Assembly (NCBI GenBank): GCA_951406725.2
Contig: OX597815.1
Coordinates: 171,120,001 to 171,184,000 of the forward strand
Reading direction: 5' to 3'
DNA from: Octopus vulgaris
Lineage: Eukaryota
DNA: 64,000 bases
Part shown: positions 1 through 12,019 of the stretch, one piece after another
Layout: every line of letters begins with the position of its first letter
How positions within the stretch are numbered: position 1 is the first letter of the stretch
Translations under genes and position numbers: made by a program
Notes under the pieces: model-generated
The model's database searches: none
What the model was told of the DNA's origin: nothing
What the model saw: only the letters and a program-made list of their open reading frames with translations

Positions 1-575
1 AAATATATATACGACAAAAGAAACACACACATATACAATAGATTGACTTTAGTAGATTCCTAGAGAGAATGTTGGACTTACTTGTCTTTCCGAAGCGGAC
101 AAGCATATGTTTAAGAAAGATATTAACGAAGTCCACGATATGTACAGTGATGCATGAGTGCTCCGCTACTCTTTTGCTTAGAGAGTTGCGGTTAGTCGAG
201 AGTTTTCATCATCGGCACCAGGGTGAATGCTTGTACTACTACTACTACTAACTACTTAGTAAAGGAATAGCTGCAGCTGTTGATGGGAAAATAATAAGAA
301 GAAGGAAGAAGAAGACGACTACGAGGGAGAAGATACAAGTATGAAATAAGAAGACGAACGGGAAGAAGAAGGAAAAGAAAAGGAAAAATAGAATGAGGAG
401 GAGTGTGAGGAAGAGGAGGAAAGAAGGGAAGACGGAGGGGGAGAAGCAGTTGAATCGAGGTGGGGGAGGCGCTTTTTTTACCTAGCAGCATCTCAACACT
501 AAAGTAATTAAAAAGAAAAGCAAAACGAGGACAAAAAAACATAAAAGAAAAAAAAAATGGAGAACGCTACCCTTT

Positions 576-577
<2 letters not shown>

Positions 578-608
<31 letters not shown>

Positions 609-637
609 ATAAATATATATATAATATCTATATTTTA

Positions 638-681
<44 letters not shown>

Positions 682-746
682 TACATATAAACATATACAT
701 ACACATATCTATCTGTATACATATATATATATATACATATTCATAT

Positions 747-777
<31 letters not shown>

Positions 778-1111
778 GATGTATATAGGTAGATAGCTAC
801 ATACAATTATATGTGTGTGTGTGTGTGTGTGTGTGTATGCGTGCGTGTGTGTGTGTGTGCGTGTGTATACCCAACGCCATCACTACCACAGACAATATCA
901 TTACGGCTGCTACTAGTGTTGCCATTGCTTCTCGTAAATTTGTTAGCTTCTCGTAAATTTCGAATACTGCTGAAGATGGTTGTGACAGCGTATCAAGGGG
1001 GTGAGGTGCTTGTTGCGATGAAGCCTGGGTGGTGGCGGTGGTGGCGGTGAATGTTGGGGGGGAGAGATATTGTTCTTATATAAAGGTATTGTAGGCAGTG
1101 GTAATAATGAA

Positions 1112-1150
<39 letters not shown>

Positions 1151-1233
1151 AGTGGTGGTGATGGCGGCGGCGTTCGTCAATTCGCGGCAATATTACTCAC
1201 TGTTCAGTATTCAAAGCTATCTTTCTTTCTCTG

Positions 1234-1301
<68 letters not shown>
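578..1301. repeat. Compound microsatellite block: (TA)n/(CA)n/(TG)n, (GAT)n, (CT)n
   Basis: Directly visible di- and trinucleotide runs; they generate the poly-YI, CV, D and SL ORFs. Confidence 0.95.
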
Positions 1302-1307
<6 letters not shown>

Positions 1308-1499
1308 CACCATTATCTGTTGTACTTACTGACGCTGCCGAAATTTCACTATACAATATTTACAGGCACTTGTAATCGTTGGGAGAGGCATATATTTCAC
1401 CACATCTCGTTTACTCTTTTTCTCTAAAAGTTTAGAACTTCCCAAAATATATATATATAATAGAATAACGACTTGTGGTTTCGAGTCTAGAAAGGGGCT

Positions 1500-1685
1500 T
1501 AAGGGCCTCTATATGGTCACTCGATCTGTTAGAAATAGTTAGCAGATCTCCCTCAAATTACGGAAAAACATATTGGATGATATTGACCTACATGTCCCTA
1601 AATAAATGGAGTGGTCACTTCTGGCATGCATTTCATCATTACTCTGCTTGATCTCGAGCTAAACCACTAACACCATCACAACAGT
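1500..1685 (+). mobile_element. Degenerate interspersed repeat (SINE-like 3' region, family D)
   Basis: 'tagaaatag..cag atctccctcaaatta' and 'ggtca..ctgg.atgc.ttt.atcat..tctgct..atc' blocks recur at ~2300-2400, ~42950-43010 (-), ~45060-45190 and ~46860-46925. Confidence 0.45.
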
Positions 1686-2234
1686 AATAACGTGTGTATT
1701 TTCTAATCCGGCACAAATACCCTATCGTTCGAGGAAGAAAATATAACACGGATTACCGTCAAAGGTATGTCTTTCTCAATGGCATTAGGGGCATGAATAA
1801 AGAAAATATAATAATGGACTAAACAGAAAAGGAGGGGACATGTAGGATGGAGATTCGGTGAAGAGGTCACAGGATGTGTGACGAAAGACTTCGAACAAAG
1901 GACACTAAATTAAGAAGAAGTATATTAAAGCTGAAGTGAAGACTAAGTATAACAGTGCGTGTGGTTAATTGGCAAAAATATGACCAACCCCTAAATATAA
2001 CAATATAAAGTAAATATTAATGAACCGAAATTTGAAAACGCATCATGTCCTCGACTTGCTAAGATCTTGTATCTCTTGTTCTACAACTTTTCATACTTAA
2101 GAAACAAGTATTACTTCATACCTGGACGCTCGTGTTCTTAATGTGGCGGTAATTTTCAATCAACCGAATTCACGAAGCGATTTGCATTTCAAGTAGTAGC
2201 CAAAATTGCTCCGGGGATAAAAAAAAAGTGGTGG

Positions 2235-2274
<40 letters not shown>

Positions 2275-2412
2275 TTTCATATAGATAGTTCCTCATCGGG
2301 GTCTGAATGTAGACAGTTTACAAGAAATAACAACCAGATAAACGTAGACTCTCCCAAATTACACCCTACAATTAATAATTCTCAAAGGTGCATCATGGAA
2401 AAGTAGTATACC

Positions 2413-2569
2413 TATTTATTTACTACCCACAAAGGGCTAAACACAGAGAGGACAAACAAGGCCAGACAAACGGATTAAGTCGATTATATCGACCCCAGTA
2501 CGTGACTGGTACTTGATTTATCGACCCCGAAAGGATGAAAGGCAAAGTCGACCTCGGCGGAATTTGAAC
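2413..2569 (-). mobile_element. SINE family A (tail-A type), 5'-truncated, with 11-bp TSD
   Basis: Core 'gcctttcatcctttcggggtcgataaa..aagtaccag' (resembles the Nin/Deu-type SINE central domain) plus tail A; flanked by agtagtatacc (2402-2412) and agtagtgtacc (2570-2580). Confidence 0.9.
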
Positions 2570-2909
2570 AGTAGTGTACCGTAAGCACTGAATAGTAGTT
2601 CACTGCTACGTGTATCTTAAGTACGTCGCGGACTTTTTAAAACGAACTTAGAGTTCTAGAAAAACCTTACTAATGCTTGAATGTATGATTCATGAATTTA
2701 TTTCACAGAAGTATGATTAATAAAACAAGATAAGGAAGAGTGTACTATATATTTTCTACATTTCTTTCTTAAACTTTGAGACAACATGCATGCTGCTTTT
2801 CAATTTTCCATGCGGGGTGTGTCAGTATTTCTATTTGATCTTTAGAGCATCGGCTTAAATCCAATACGCTACCCTTTGAAGTATATATATAAAAGAACGA
2901 CACTTATGA

Positions 2910-3040
2910 TGCAGGTATGGGTGCGTGTTCAAGAAGGTCACTTTACAACCATGTGGTTTCGGGTTTAATATCACTATGCGATGCTTAGGGCAAATGTTTT
3001 CTACTATAGTCCCGGATTGTTAGTCAATTTGATAGACGGA

Positions 3041-3115
<75 letters not shown>

Positions 3116-3305
3116 CTTTGATGCCCACCAACACTTGACAAGTGATGTTAATTTGTTTGTTTACCCGTAAACTAACGATTCAGTAAAAGAGAACGTGAAA
3201 ACAAGTACCAGGTTCAAAATATATACTGGGATCGATAAATTCGAGAAGCCCCGCGAGACAGTTCCACTATTGCCGCAGTCCAATGACTGAAATAATTGAA
3301 AAAGT
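2910..3305 (+). mobile_element. SINE family C (tRNA-like head, CORE-like block, internal (TG)n)
   Basis: 'aaccatgtggtttcgggttt...gggcaaatgttttctactatag...tagacggaa', internal TG run, tail 'gccgcagtccaatgactgaaa'; homologous to 22215-22632 and 31705-32092. Confidence 0.8.
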
Positions 3306-3630
3306 ACGCATTATACTCCGGGGTACGCTATAATTATTACTGGAAGAAAGTGAAGATGATCTGTTCAGTTTGGGTTGATTTGGGAGTTAAAAAACGTGAA
3401 CATATTTCAAATGAAATTCCAACAAATTACTTGAAAAAGTGAATCTATTGACTGAAATATTAATGAAGTTAATTTATCTATGTTATTTACTTCCAAGTTT
3501 TGACAAAGACTTCACGCCTTCAAGAATTAATAGTCAAATTTAGCTAGAATAACGCTTTACCTTCTTAAAAAATAAATACACATATTACATACTCTGTAAC
3601 TGTAAAAAAGATTTTTTAATAGATGATTTA

Positions 3631-3896
3631 ATAAATAAAGATAATAAATGCGCCCTTTTAAAGCCTAGCCAGGCTCATGGGCCCGGTTTCCCGGTTTCTA
3701 TGGCGTATGTGTTCCGCAGCTGGACAGGACGCCAGTCCATCGCAGCGTTACTCATTTTTGCCAGCTGAGTGGACTGGAGCAACGTGAAATGAAATGTTTT
3801 GCTCAAGAACACAACGCGTCTCCCGGTCCAGGAATCGAAACCACAATCTTACGATCATGGTGCTGACACCTTAACCCCTAAGCCACGCGCCTCCAC
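3631..3896 (-). mobile_element. SINE family B (tRNA-derived), full length, with 13-bp TSD
   Basis: On the - strand: A-box 'tggcttagggg', B-box 'ggtttcgattcc', body 'gcgatggactggcgtcctgtccag..gaaaccggg', (TTTA) tail; TSD aatagatgattta at 3618-3630 and 3897-3909. Confidence 0.92.
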
Positions 3897-4094
3897 AATA
3901 GATGATTTAGTCACGATGATTTAGTTTTGATGATAGGTTTGCGCTTTGGAAGAGGACTTACGATTAAACAACCATTCACTTGAGTTTTCCTGCTATCAGT
4001 TCGAACCAGACGGGTTCAATAGGTTTCAATAGTGTCCTTCCTCATTAGCGTTGCCACTCCTCGGCTCAAAGAGCAAGAAAATGTTCCCGATATG

Positions 4095-4460
4095 TTGCTA
4101 GTCGTGGTAAACGTCTACCAAAAGGTTACAGAACAAATCTGACACGTAGGTGTAAAATTTGTTGGATAGACTATCCAATGTGGCGATTCTTCCCCATAAC
4201 CACCTAGTGCCGGATGTTTTAGCTGGTGTTGTCGATTTTCTTTAGAGAGTTGTGGCAGGCCATTGAGATATACACGAAAGTTACTACCCCAGCAAAGTCT
4301 CCGGACTATAGCTTCTGGGAATCCACATATATGAAATCGAGTAGCTCGCACCCGGCCTGGTCCGTCAAAGACTACAAACTTCTTTAATTGTGCTGTCGTT
4401 GTTCAGATCTTCTACAGAGGACCATCGAAAAGCCCCAGTCATTTGATGATCCTACAACAG
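4095..4460 (-). pseudogene. Very degraded RTE/RTEX-type LINE C-terminal remnant
   Basis: Translation 'NGLPQLSKENRQHQLKH' resembles the RTE-group 'LPxLSxxIRxRRLxxAGH' motif; frameshifted. Confidence 0.35.
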
Positions 4461-4810
4461 AAATTCATAAAAGTACGCTACTAGACTGTTCCGAAATATA
4501 TCTAATAACAGCGATTAATTAACTGCGAATATAAATCGTTAAAACAGAAATGACGAAAGTGTTGAAAGGTAACTCTGAAGGTAGTATCTTTAACTATTGT
4601 GCTTGTTACAATCATTGAATCACAGCCATGCTGGAACACCGCCTTGAAGGGTTAGTCACATATTCCCATCCCCTTACATATGTTAAATCTGCTACTTATT
4701 CTCTCCTACTCTCTACCAAACCTCCCGGAGATAAACATACCAACAAGGTATGGGAAGTACAAATGTAAAGTTACCCGTCACATACATACATATATACATA
4801 CATACATACA

Positions 4811-5314
4811 TGGTGGCTTCCCCCTCGTTATCGAGTATGGCTATTGCACGAAGCTTAATCAATGTTGTTATTGTGCAGTGCCTGTGCAAGAAGATTTGTT
4901 TTTAAAGTGAGGAAAGGCTGTGCACTGAGTCAACCCCACTCACGAAGCAACAGCAGCTATAATCCGAAAAGAAGAACAAGTCAACATCATCGGTAACCAC
5001 TGAGCCGCAGGTTTTATGTCGGAGTTATCCCAGTTACCGGAGTTACCTTCTCCTAAAAGGATGCCTTAACAAAGGCTAGGAGTCCTTCACTCCCAATGGT
5101 TTAACTGCGCGATCGGGTATTCAGTCCGATTATTTCTATGTCCCCGCGCATGATACAGCCTTAAGACATTTATTGGATGGCCGTTGACTCTCAAGAGTTC
5201 CTCCGCCCTTTGACGGGTTTTGTTTTTCATCCCGCAGGATGTCCAATAAACACCCTCCTCACCAAGCAAGCTTGGTGGGGTTGCCGGTTTAGTCGCCGAC
5301 GACCCGACCATGCA
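4811..5314 (-). mobile_element. Non-autonomous RTE-derived bipartite element (5' UTR + 3' tail) inside (TGTA)n
   Basis: 5' end tgcatggtcgggtcgtcggcgac; RTE-5'UTR-like 'aggcatccttttaggagaaggtaactc..aaaacctgcgg'; tail gccatactcgataacgaggggaagccacca(tgta)n; both ends shared with 59510-59658. Confidence 0.75.
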
Positions 5315-5382
5315 TGCATACATACATACATACATACATACATACATACATACATACATACATACATACATACATACATACA

Positions 5383-5474
<92 letters not shown>

Positions 5475-5577
5475 TATACGACAGATGTAAATAGACAGTC
5501 TTATAATTATTAACATTTATTTAAATCTGAAATTATACATTTGAATTATTATTTGTTATAATGTGAATATTTAATAT

Positions 5578-5775
5578 TTAGTAGACATGCCCTTCGCATT
5601 TTTCAGTGCAAGGGCCCCCATTAGGAGTTTTACTGATCAAATGAATATTCTCTTGCGGAATTTCTTGCCAAGTTTCATGCAGTAATCTCAAAAGATCTGT
5701 CTTTGCTTTCTTGTTCTTTTTATGAAGTGTCCTGTCCATTATGCCCCAGAGGTGTTCATATCTGGTGACTGGCTG
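5578..5775 (-). pseudogene. Tc1-family transposase C-terminal fragment
   Basis: 'EHLWGIMDR...LLRLLHETWQEIPQENIHLISKTP...EGHVY' fits the Tc1 C-terminus pattern (ENLW..L..W..IP...LI.SMP..GG.T.Y). Confidence 0.75.
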
Positions 5776-6009
5776 GTACTTGATTTGTCCGATTAATCTG
5801 CTCATTGTATACTTATTTTATTTTTTATTCTTATATACGCATTTCATGAATGATTAATTGTAAGTAGGTTCACTACCTATAAGAGAACTGTTCCTCATTC
5901 TAAATCATTCTCAGAATCTTTCCACTACGCTACCAGCTGCAGGCAATTAACGAAATGTATTATGATCAAACTAACACGGAGGTTAAAGAGCAAGATATCT
6001 TTTGATAAG

Positions 6010-6070
6010 TCACCTGACGAGACATATCTTCACCGAATGATGCGCGATCATGCCGAAACGATTGTAGTGA
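6010..6070 (+). ncRNA. Minimal Penelope-type hammerhead ribozyme motif
   Basis: tcac-CTGACGA-[gacatatc...gatcatgcc]-GAAA-CGATTG-TA-gtga: intact core, stem I tcac/gtga, near-palindromic stem III. Confidence 0.7.
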
Positions 6071-7010
6071 TAGATAAAGAATCTCGTGAGTTCCATTTCC
6101 GCTTTCTCTCATATCTTATATATACTACGGACACGAAGGAATTCCTAAAATAAATCCAGCGGCATTTAAAACCAAACTGTTGATTACATCAGGTAAATGA
6201 AGACAGAGAACCTACTTTAAACGCATACTACCAGCTTTATACCCAAATTTAAAGTTATTACTTATATAGGTGCAGGCGTGGCTGTGAGGTAAGAAGAGGT
6301 AAGAAGCTAGCTTCCCAACCACACGGTTCCAGGTTCATCCCCACTGCGTGATCAAGTGTCCTCAGGCCGACCAAAGTCCTGTGAGTGAATTTAGGAGATG
6401 GAAACTGGAAGAAACAGTTGATGGACAGGTGTCAGTTCATTACAGCTGTTTCTAACGAATTTTTTAATTGATCAATGAGTACATTTTATCATTATAAAAA
6501 AAAACGTTTTCTTCAGCTGAATACATGAATTTTACAATCAAGGACATCTAAAATAATTTTAAATAATTTAGAATTTATGGCACATACATATTTCATGATT
6601 CTACGAGTGGCTCTTGCCGTAGAAAGAGCTTAATCAAAAACAATGTACATTCAAGTGCTATAGTGGGAGGCGAACAACACTATGACACAAAGTGGGGTGT
6701 ATATTTCACAATTTATTGCCTTAATAGGGGTTTGTTGGCTTGGTAGTGAGGAGAAAGTGTAAAAGACCTCCTAATGTCCACTACTCTTAGCAATAAAGAG
6801 GTTTTATGTGAGGTTCTTCATTTCCAATCATTAGTTTCCAAATTCTTTAATAGGGCCTCTCTACCCCTTTCATTATTAAAACCCCAAGTTTCCATGCAGT
6901 GGAACTGAACCCGAAACCACGTAGTTACAAAGCAAGCGTCTTAACCACACAGCCTTGCGCCTGTACCGTGTGCTAAATTTATTTTTGCTTATTTCAAATA
7001 TATAAACATT

Positions 7011-7220
7011 GGTTTCAAATTTTGGCAGAAGGCCAGCAATTTCGGGGTTAGGGGCTACTCAATTACATTGACCCCAGTGTCCAACTGGTACTTATTTTAC
7101 CGTCCTCCAAATGATGAAAGGCAACATCAGCTTCGGCAGAATTTGAACTCAGAACGTGAAGATGGACGGAAATGTCACTAAGCATTTTTTCCGGCGTGCT
7201 AAGGATTCTGCTCTCTCGCC
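7011..7220 (-). mobile_element. SINE family A (tail-B type)
   Basis: Same head and central domain as family A but ends in 'aaattgctggccttctgccaaaatttgaaacc'. Confidence 0.85.
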
Positions 7221-8339
7221 AATGTTCGTTTTGACTAACATTTGGACACCACATGCACAAAGAAACGGACAGAAAAATAAAGCATACTACCATCGGCCTG
7301 TTCAATATCCTTCCACAAAATATGATAAACTCTATCATTCAATATAAGGTTAAAGAGAAATGTAGATTTTGAAATTTATGTTAAAAACTACAAAGAAACG
7401 GAGAGAAAAATACTCAGTACTGCCATAAAGAAATAAACCAGTAAGCGACAAAAATGACGAGAGTTTCAAGTCTGATTTTACCTTCAATAAAAAATACAAT
7501 AGAAATGGCGCGAGAAGAAAATAAAATTCAAAACTTCTGGTTAAAATATTTAGCAGAGGCAGTAAGGAATACTGAAGGAAGTGGACAACAACTTACTGAT
7601 TCATTGAGAGGAATCTCCAGGATTTAAAAAAAAAAACGACAAATTGTAAAACCTACAACTGTTCACGGGACTTTCTGAATGGCATGCCAAACGAAAAAAT
7701 CACCTTGAATTTTTTAGTAGCGTGACCCACCTAGTGATGAGTTATGTCTCATGCGGCTTGCGACTCGGATATAGCCATTGTACACTGCAAAAGATATGCA
7801 ACTAGAAATACTACTACATAAGATACATGGTTACACTATAAAATTTGTCAACTTCGATTTCAAAATTGCGCCAAGCGAACTTAAAAAGAAGGAATTCATT
7901 CATGACGCTCTTTTCATCAAACACCACTTGCAACTACTTACGAATCACTGAACTAGAGATTACAACACATGAATGAAAGTAAAGATAAGGACGGTAAATT
8001 ATAGATGCATTATATTAAAACTTAAAACAGAATTAAATTCAAAAACTCAAGCAGCAGTACGATAGTCTCTAAGTAATAATTCATAATTTTGATCATTTCT
8101 AATGGACCTTCAGTAAATTAGCAAAACAAGTCTGAAAAAGAAACAATAATGATGACAACCTGTAGAACAACGTAAAATCTGACATATTACATTTGCCACA
8201 AATACTCAGAGGTAACAACTTACGCCTATCCGCGATAGGACTACAGACGCATCAAGTAAAGACTAACGGGAAATTAAAATAGCTTCAAAACACGAAGTAA
8301 ACAAAATCTGTTTTCTGTTATTAGAGAAGATAACACATT

Positions 8340-8735
8340 AAACAAAGGTTGAAATGGCAGATAGTTATGTTGAGAGAGGAGAAACAATAAAAGAAATTGT
8401 GAAAGTTAAAAAATAAACAGAAATGAGCTACAGAATATCATGCTAAAACAAGACAAGTAAAGCTCCAATATGGCCAATACCAAAAAAACAAAGAAGAAAA
8501 GAAAAGAAACATTGAACTGAGCAGAAATAGACGAAGAAAAATTGAACAGAGTAGAAATAGACAAAGAAAAACTGCAGTACAACTTGAGAAGTTCAATCCC
8601 CAAAGCTGAATTGAACAATTCTTTATTGCGATACATGCTCAAAGCCTTCTTCCTAGAAACCAACAAAAGCTTGCAGTGAAGCAGAATACATTTAGTATTT
8701 GCCGAATACGATGTGTAGAAGTTGTAGAAGAACAA
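8340..8735 (+). pseudogene. R4/Dong-clade LINE fragment (region just before the CCHC finger)
   Basis: Cross-frame translation 'LRSSIPKAE...AIHAQSLLPRNQQK...SICRI' fits R4-type 'WL...LKAETEG.I.AAQDQ.L.TRN...CR.C'. Confidence 0.55.
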
Positions 8736-10200
8736 CTAGCTATATGTCCCTGGTTGCCATTTTGCTCCTCTTGTCATAGATTCCTCTTCTCCAAGAAGTT
8801 ATACGATTCATCTTCTAAGAGGCCATTTAGTAATTTCCAGAGCAATGATAAGTATGTAGTAGGCCAATAATTGCTGATTTACTCTCTCTTTTTTTTTTTG
8901 TCCTTCTGTATTAGCGCTGCATATCCTTTTTGTCAGCTACGCTGGTGTTCTATTTTCTATATAATCATTAAGATATAGCAGTAAATAGTTGTGCATACTT
9001 ACGAGACGTTTTAAGCAATAATTCCTCAGCACCATCAGGTCCAACGGTCTTACCATTTGATGCATTTTAAGCTTCTCTTTTTATCTTCTCTTCGGTAATG
9101 TTCATATTTTCTTGACTTTAGCTTTTTCTCCCCATTTTGTTTTAGATTTTATGTAAACCAGTTCGCTTCCCTGTTATTTTAAACTTCTCTACTCCAATTA
9201 TTATCTGACCAAAGGTTCCTTACTATTTCTGTATTTGGCATACTATTCTCCTGATGTCCATTCTCTTTGATCAGATGGTGGTAACATTTCCTTTCATTGC
9301 TTCTGAAAAGCCTTTTCTGCTCACACTGGTTTTTCTTTGATGATATCTAGATTTTTTTCCTGACATTGAATTCATTTGCTGTCCTATCTATCATTTAGAT
9401 ACCTGTAATCCTCTGCGTCTAATGTACTGTTTTGGAGGTAATTCCTGTGTATTTTCACTTACTGAATTTATCCTTCTAGTTCTTTTGAGCTGTCCAACTT
9501 GATTCTCAAATCTTCATTTCTACTCTGGGCTTTTGTCTCCCAGCCCACCTTTTTTTTTTTGCTTGACATTTAGCCCTGAGAATTTCTTGAGTAACACCAG
9601 CTTTGCAGTATATGATGTCCTTTATATGTTATATTTTCAACAAATTTTCATTAAAACCTCGCCCAGCATCTTTACTACTTTACCAAGTTTTTCACTTTCA
9701 ATTCCTCTCAGATCTGATACTCTCGTTCTTTCACTAATTCATATCTTATTTAAACATTAAAGTGAATCTCTTTCCTCCTCTGTAATATCCTCTCCTTCCA
9801 TAAAGTAAAACTTGTTTTCACCCTACTATATTTCTCTCAGGATGATTTATTGTCCGTTCTGCTATTCTTTTATGTTCGATTCCCTCTTCTACATAGCCTT
9901 GTTCTTCCTTTTTCACTGTTTCGAAAATTCCTTTTTACTCCACCTGAGATAGCATTCACTTTTCACAATTAGATTTTTCTGTGACATGGAACTTATCTCT
10001 AATCCATATTTTACACTCGTTTTTTTGTGTCCTAGTTTGACTGGCTCGTTCTCGTAGTATCATTCATAACGATCTGTTGTCATTTTTAAGACCACCATAT
10101 CCTAATCCTTGCAGCTGTAACCGAGTAACGCGTTGGCCGATGCTGCTGCATAGTTGGACACTTGCTGTTCGTGAGATTTTTACTTGAGAATCAAGTCTCA
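8736..10200 (-). pseudogene. Degraded R4/Dong-clade LINE, N-terminal region to early RT domains
   Basis: 'GKTVGPDG...LIQKDKKK...SNYWPTTYLSLLWKLLNGLLEDESYNFLEKRNL*QEEQNG' corresponds to the early RT motifs; many stops. Confidence 0.7.
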
Positions 10201-10480
10201 TTAACGCAGTTGGGATAATCATTTTTATTTGGCAACTACTCTCATAAAGATGTCTGTGCTTTTAAGATGTCACAACATTCGATTTTTTTTATTGAGACGT
10301 CAGCTAAAGAGCTTCTCGTTTTGTGGTTGACCTTAACGCCACCAAGACGAACTCAATAGCTTATGGCCTTAGGTTATATATTAGCAATATTGTTATCATC
10401 ATAAGCCGGTAGTATTGTTTACAATGGTTATGATAATAACAAGGTATCACCACCAACAGCAATCCTTTGTAGTATATACC

Positions 10481-10700
10481 TATTTCTTTACTACCCACAA
10501 GGGGCTAAACACAGAGAGGACAAACAAGGACAGACAAACGGATTAAGTCGATTATATCGACCCCAGTGCGTAACTGGTACTTACTTAATAGACCCCGAAA
10601 GGATGAAAGGCAAAGTTGATCTCGGCGGAATTTGAACTCAGAACGTTTCATATACAAATAAACATTTTGTCCGGCGCGCTAACAATTGGGTAAAGTCGCC
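10481..10700 (-). mobile_element. SINE family A (tail-A type)
   Basis: Near-identical to 2413-2569 over tail and core, with a diverged tRNA-like head; tail abuts GGTAT. Confidence 0.9.
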
Positions 10701-10789
10701 ACCTTAGCAACAACAGTAACAATAAATACTATTTGGATGGCCGTTGACTCTCCTGAGTTCTTCCACTTTTTGACACTAAAACACATTAG

Positions 10790-11620
10790 ACACAGATGGT
10801 GCAGTCAAACTTCTTTCGTATTGGTGCTAACCTTCAGGTAAATCACAACTGGTATTATATTATGAGTAGGTTGGCTGGCCTCAGTACAATAGGCAAGAAG
10901 CTATAAGCGAAAAATTGAGCTGAGATGCTGAATAACCGTGTCAGAATTTACCTCTTGGTTGCCGGACCTAGATTTAGATATCTACTAACCCAGATTGGAG
11001 ATGCTATTATTTTGTATTTAACAGTAGGAATGTATTCAACAGATCATGCAATCTAACTGCTGCCAACACCTTTCTGCGCGTAGGGTTCGCCATGCAGTGG
11101 ACTTTGAAGCACACTCATATGATGAAGGTACACCACCTTCAGAATTTCTTGGGTTGTGTGCTTGTGAAATTTCCGTTTTTAAGGCATGCTTTCTCGCTGC
11201 TCGTTTCTTTGATGCAACTGCAGTTCTAAGCCAATAAAATACCGTTACTGCCCACCAAGCATCTGGCATCTAGAATATTGTCAGATGCTCACAGCTACCG
11301 GAGAGCATTGTTAGTTCGGGATAAATTCTACAGGCTTGATAGTGCCTGAGATGCGCGCAAAGGGAGAACGCCCCTGCATCCTCTCTAAGCCTTGTTGACG
11401 CATGGAATTATGTCTATCAGCAGCTATTGCGTACAGAACAGAGCTATCTACGGACCGAAGGTACTTCCTTTTCAATAAATTTGTTCGATTATGAGTGAAG
11501 ATGCCCCAAGTAATTGAACTCCTTCTATGTGGTTGCTTGTAGTTTGGAGAGAGATGTGTCCCATAAGTGCCATTGACGGCTGGGGCGATCGCCAATGGCA
11601 CTACCAGCAGGGATTTTGAT
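10790..11620 (+). pseudogene. Old Tx1/L1-clade LINE ORF2 remnant (same family as 39464-41156)
   Basis: 'TDGAVKLL..GANLQ', 'CCQHL..GFAMQWTLKHTHMMKVHHL', 'LLVRDKFYR', 'CLRCA' are colinear with 'TEGPVKLL..GLDLQ', 'CCQKP..GLGMPWVMMHKYALSLRHL', 'LPVRERLSR', 'CLRCG' of the 39-41 kb copy. Confidence 0.7.
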
Positions 11621-12019
11621 CACCCCTGGGGAATACACTCTCTTCCATTGGGGGATTTTCTTTGTTAAAAGTTTCTTGCTAATTGCTATTGTTTTTATTG
11701 TTCACGTGTGTTTACTTAGATCTTCGCTTTCTTTGTATTTCTATTGCCCTAAACACTTTCTTGCAGGCAAGAAATGGTAGGATCGTTGGTGTGTCGAAAA
11801 AGAAAAGAAAAAAAACTTTATGTGGTATATGTCCTATGTGTTCCGACTCTTTACATTCTGAGATCAAACTTCGTCATGCTTGTCTTTCCTTTTCATACTT
11901 TCGGGGTCATAAAGTAAGCACCAGTTCAGAGCTGGGATTGAGGCAATCGATTTTAGCTCTCCCTCAAAATTGCTGTTCTTGTGCGTGTAACAGAGAGACT
12001 TATTATTGTCATTATTATT

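Noticed and set aside
7400-8330. Possible L1/Tx1 ORF1 remnant
   Set aside because: A-rich coding-like bias only; no motif I can identify with confidence.
8340-10200. Single twin-primed (5'-inverted) LINE insertion
   Set aside because: The two fragments are convergent rather than back-to-back and look like different subfamilies.
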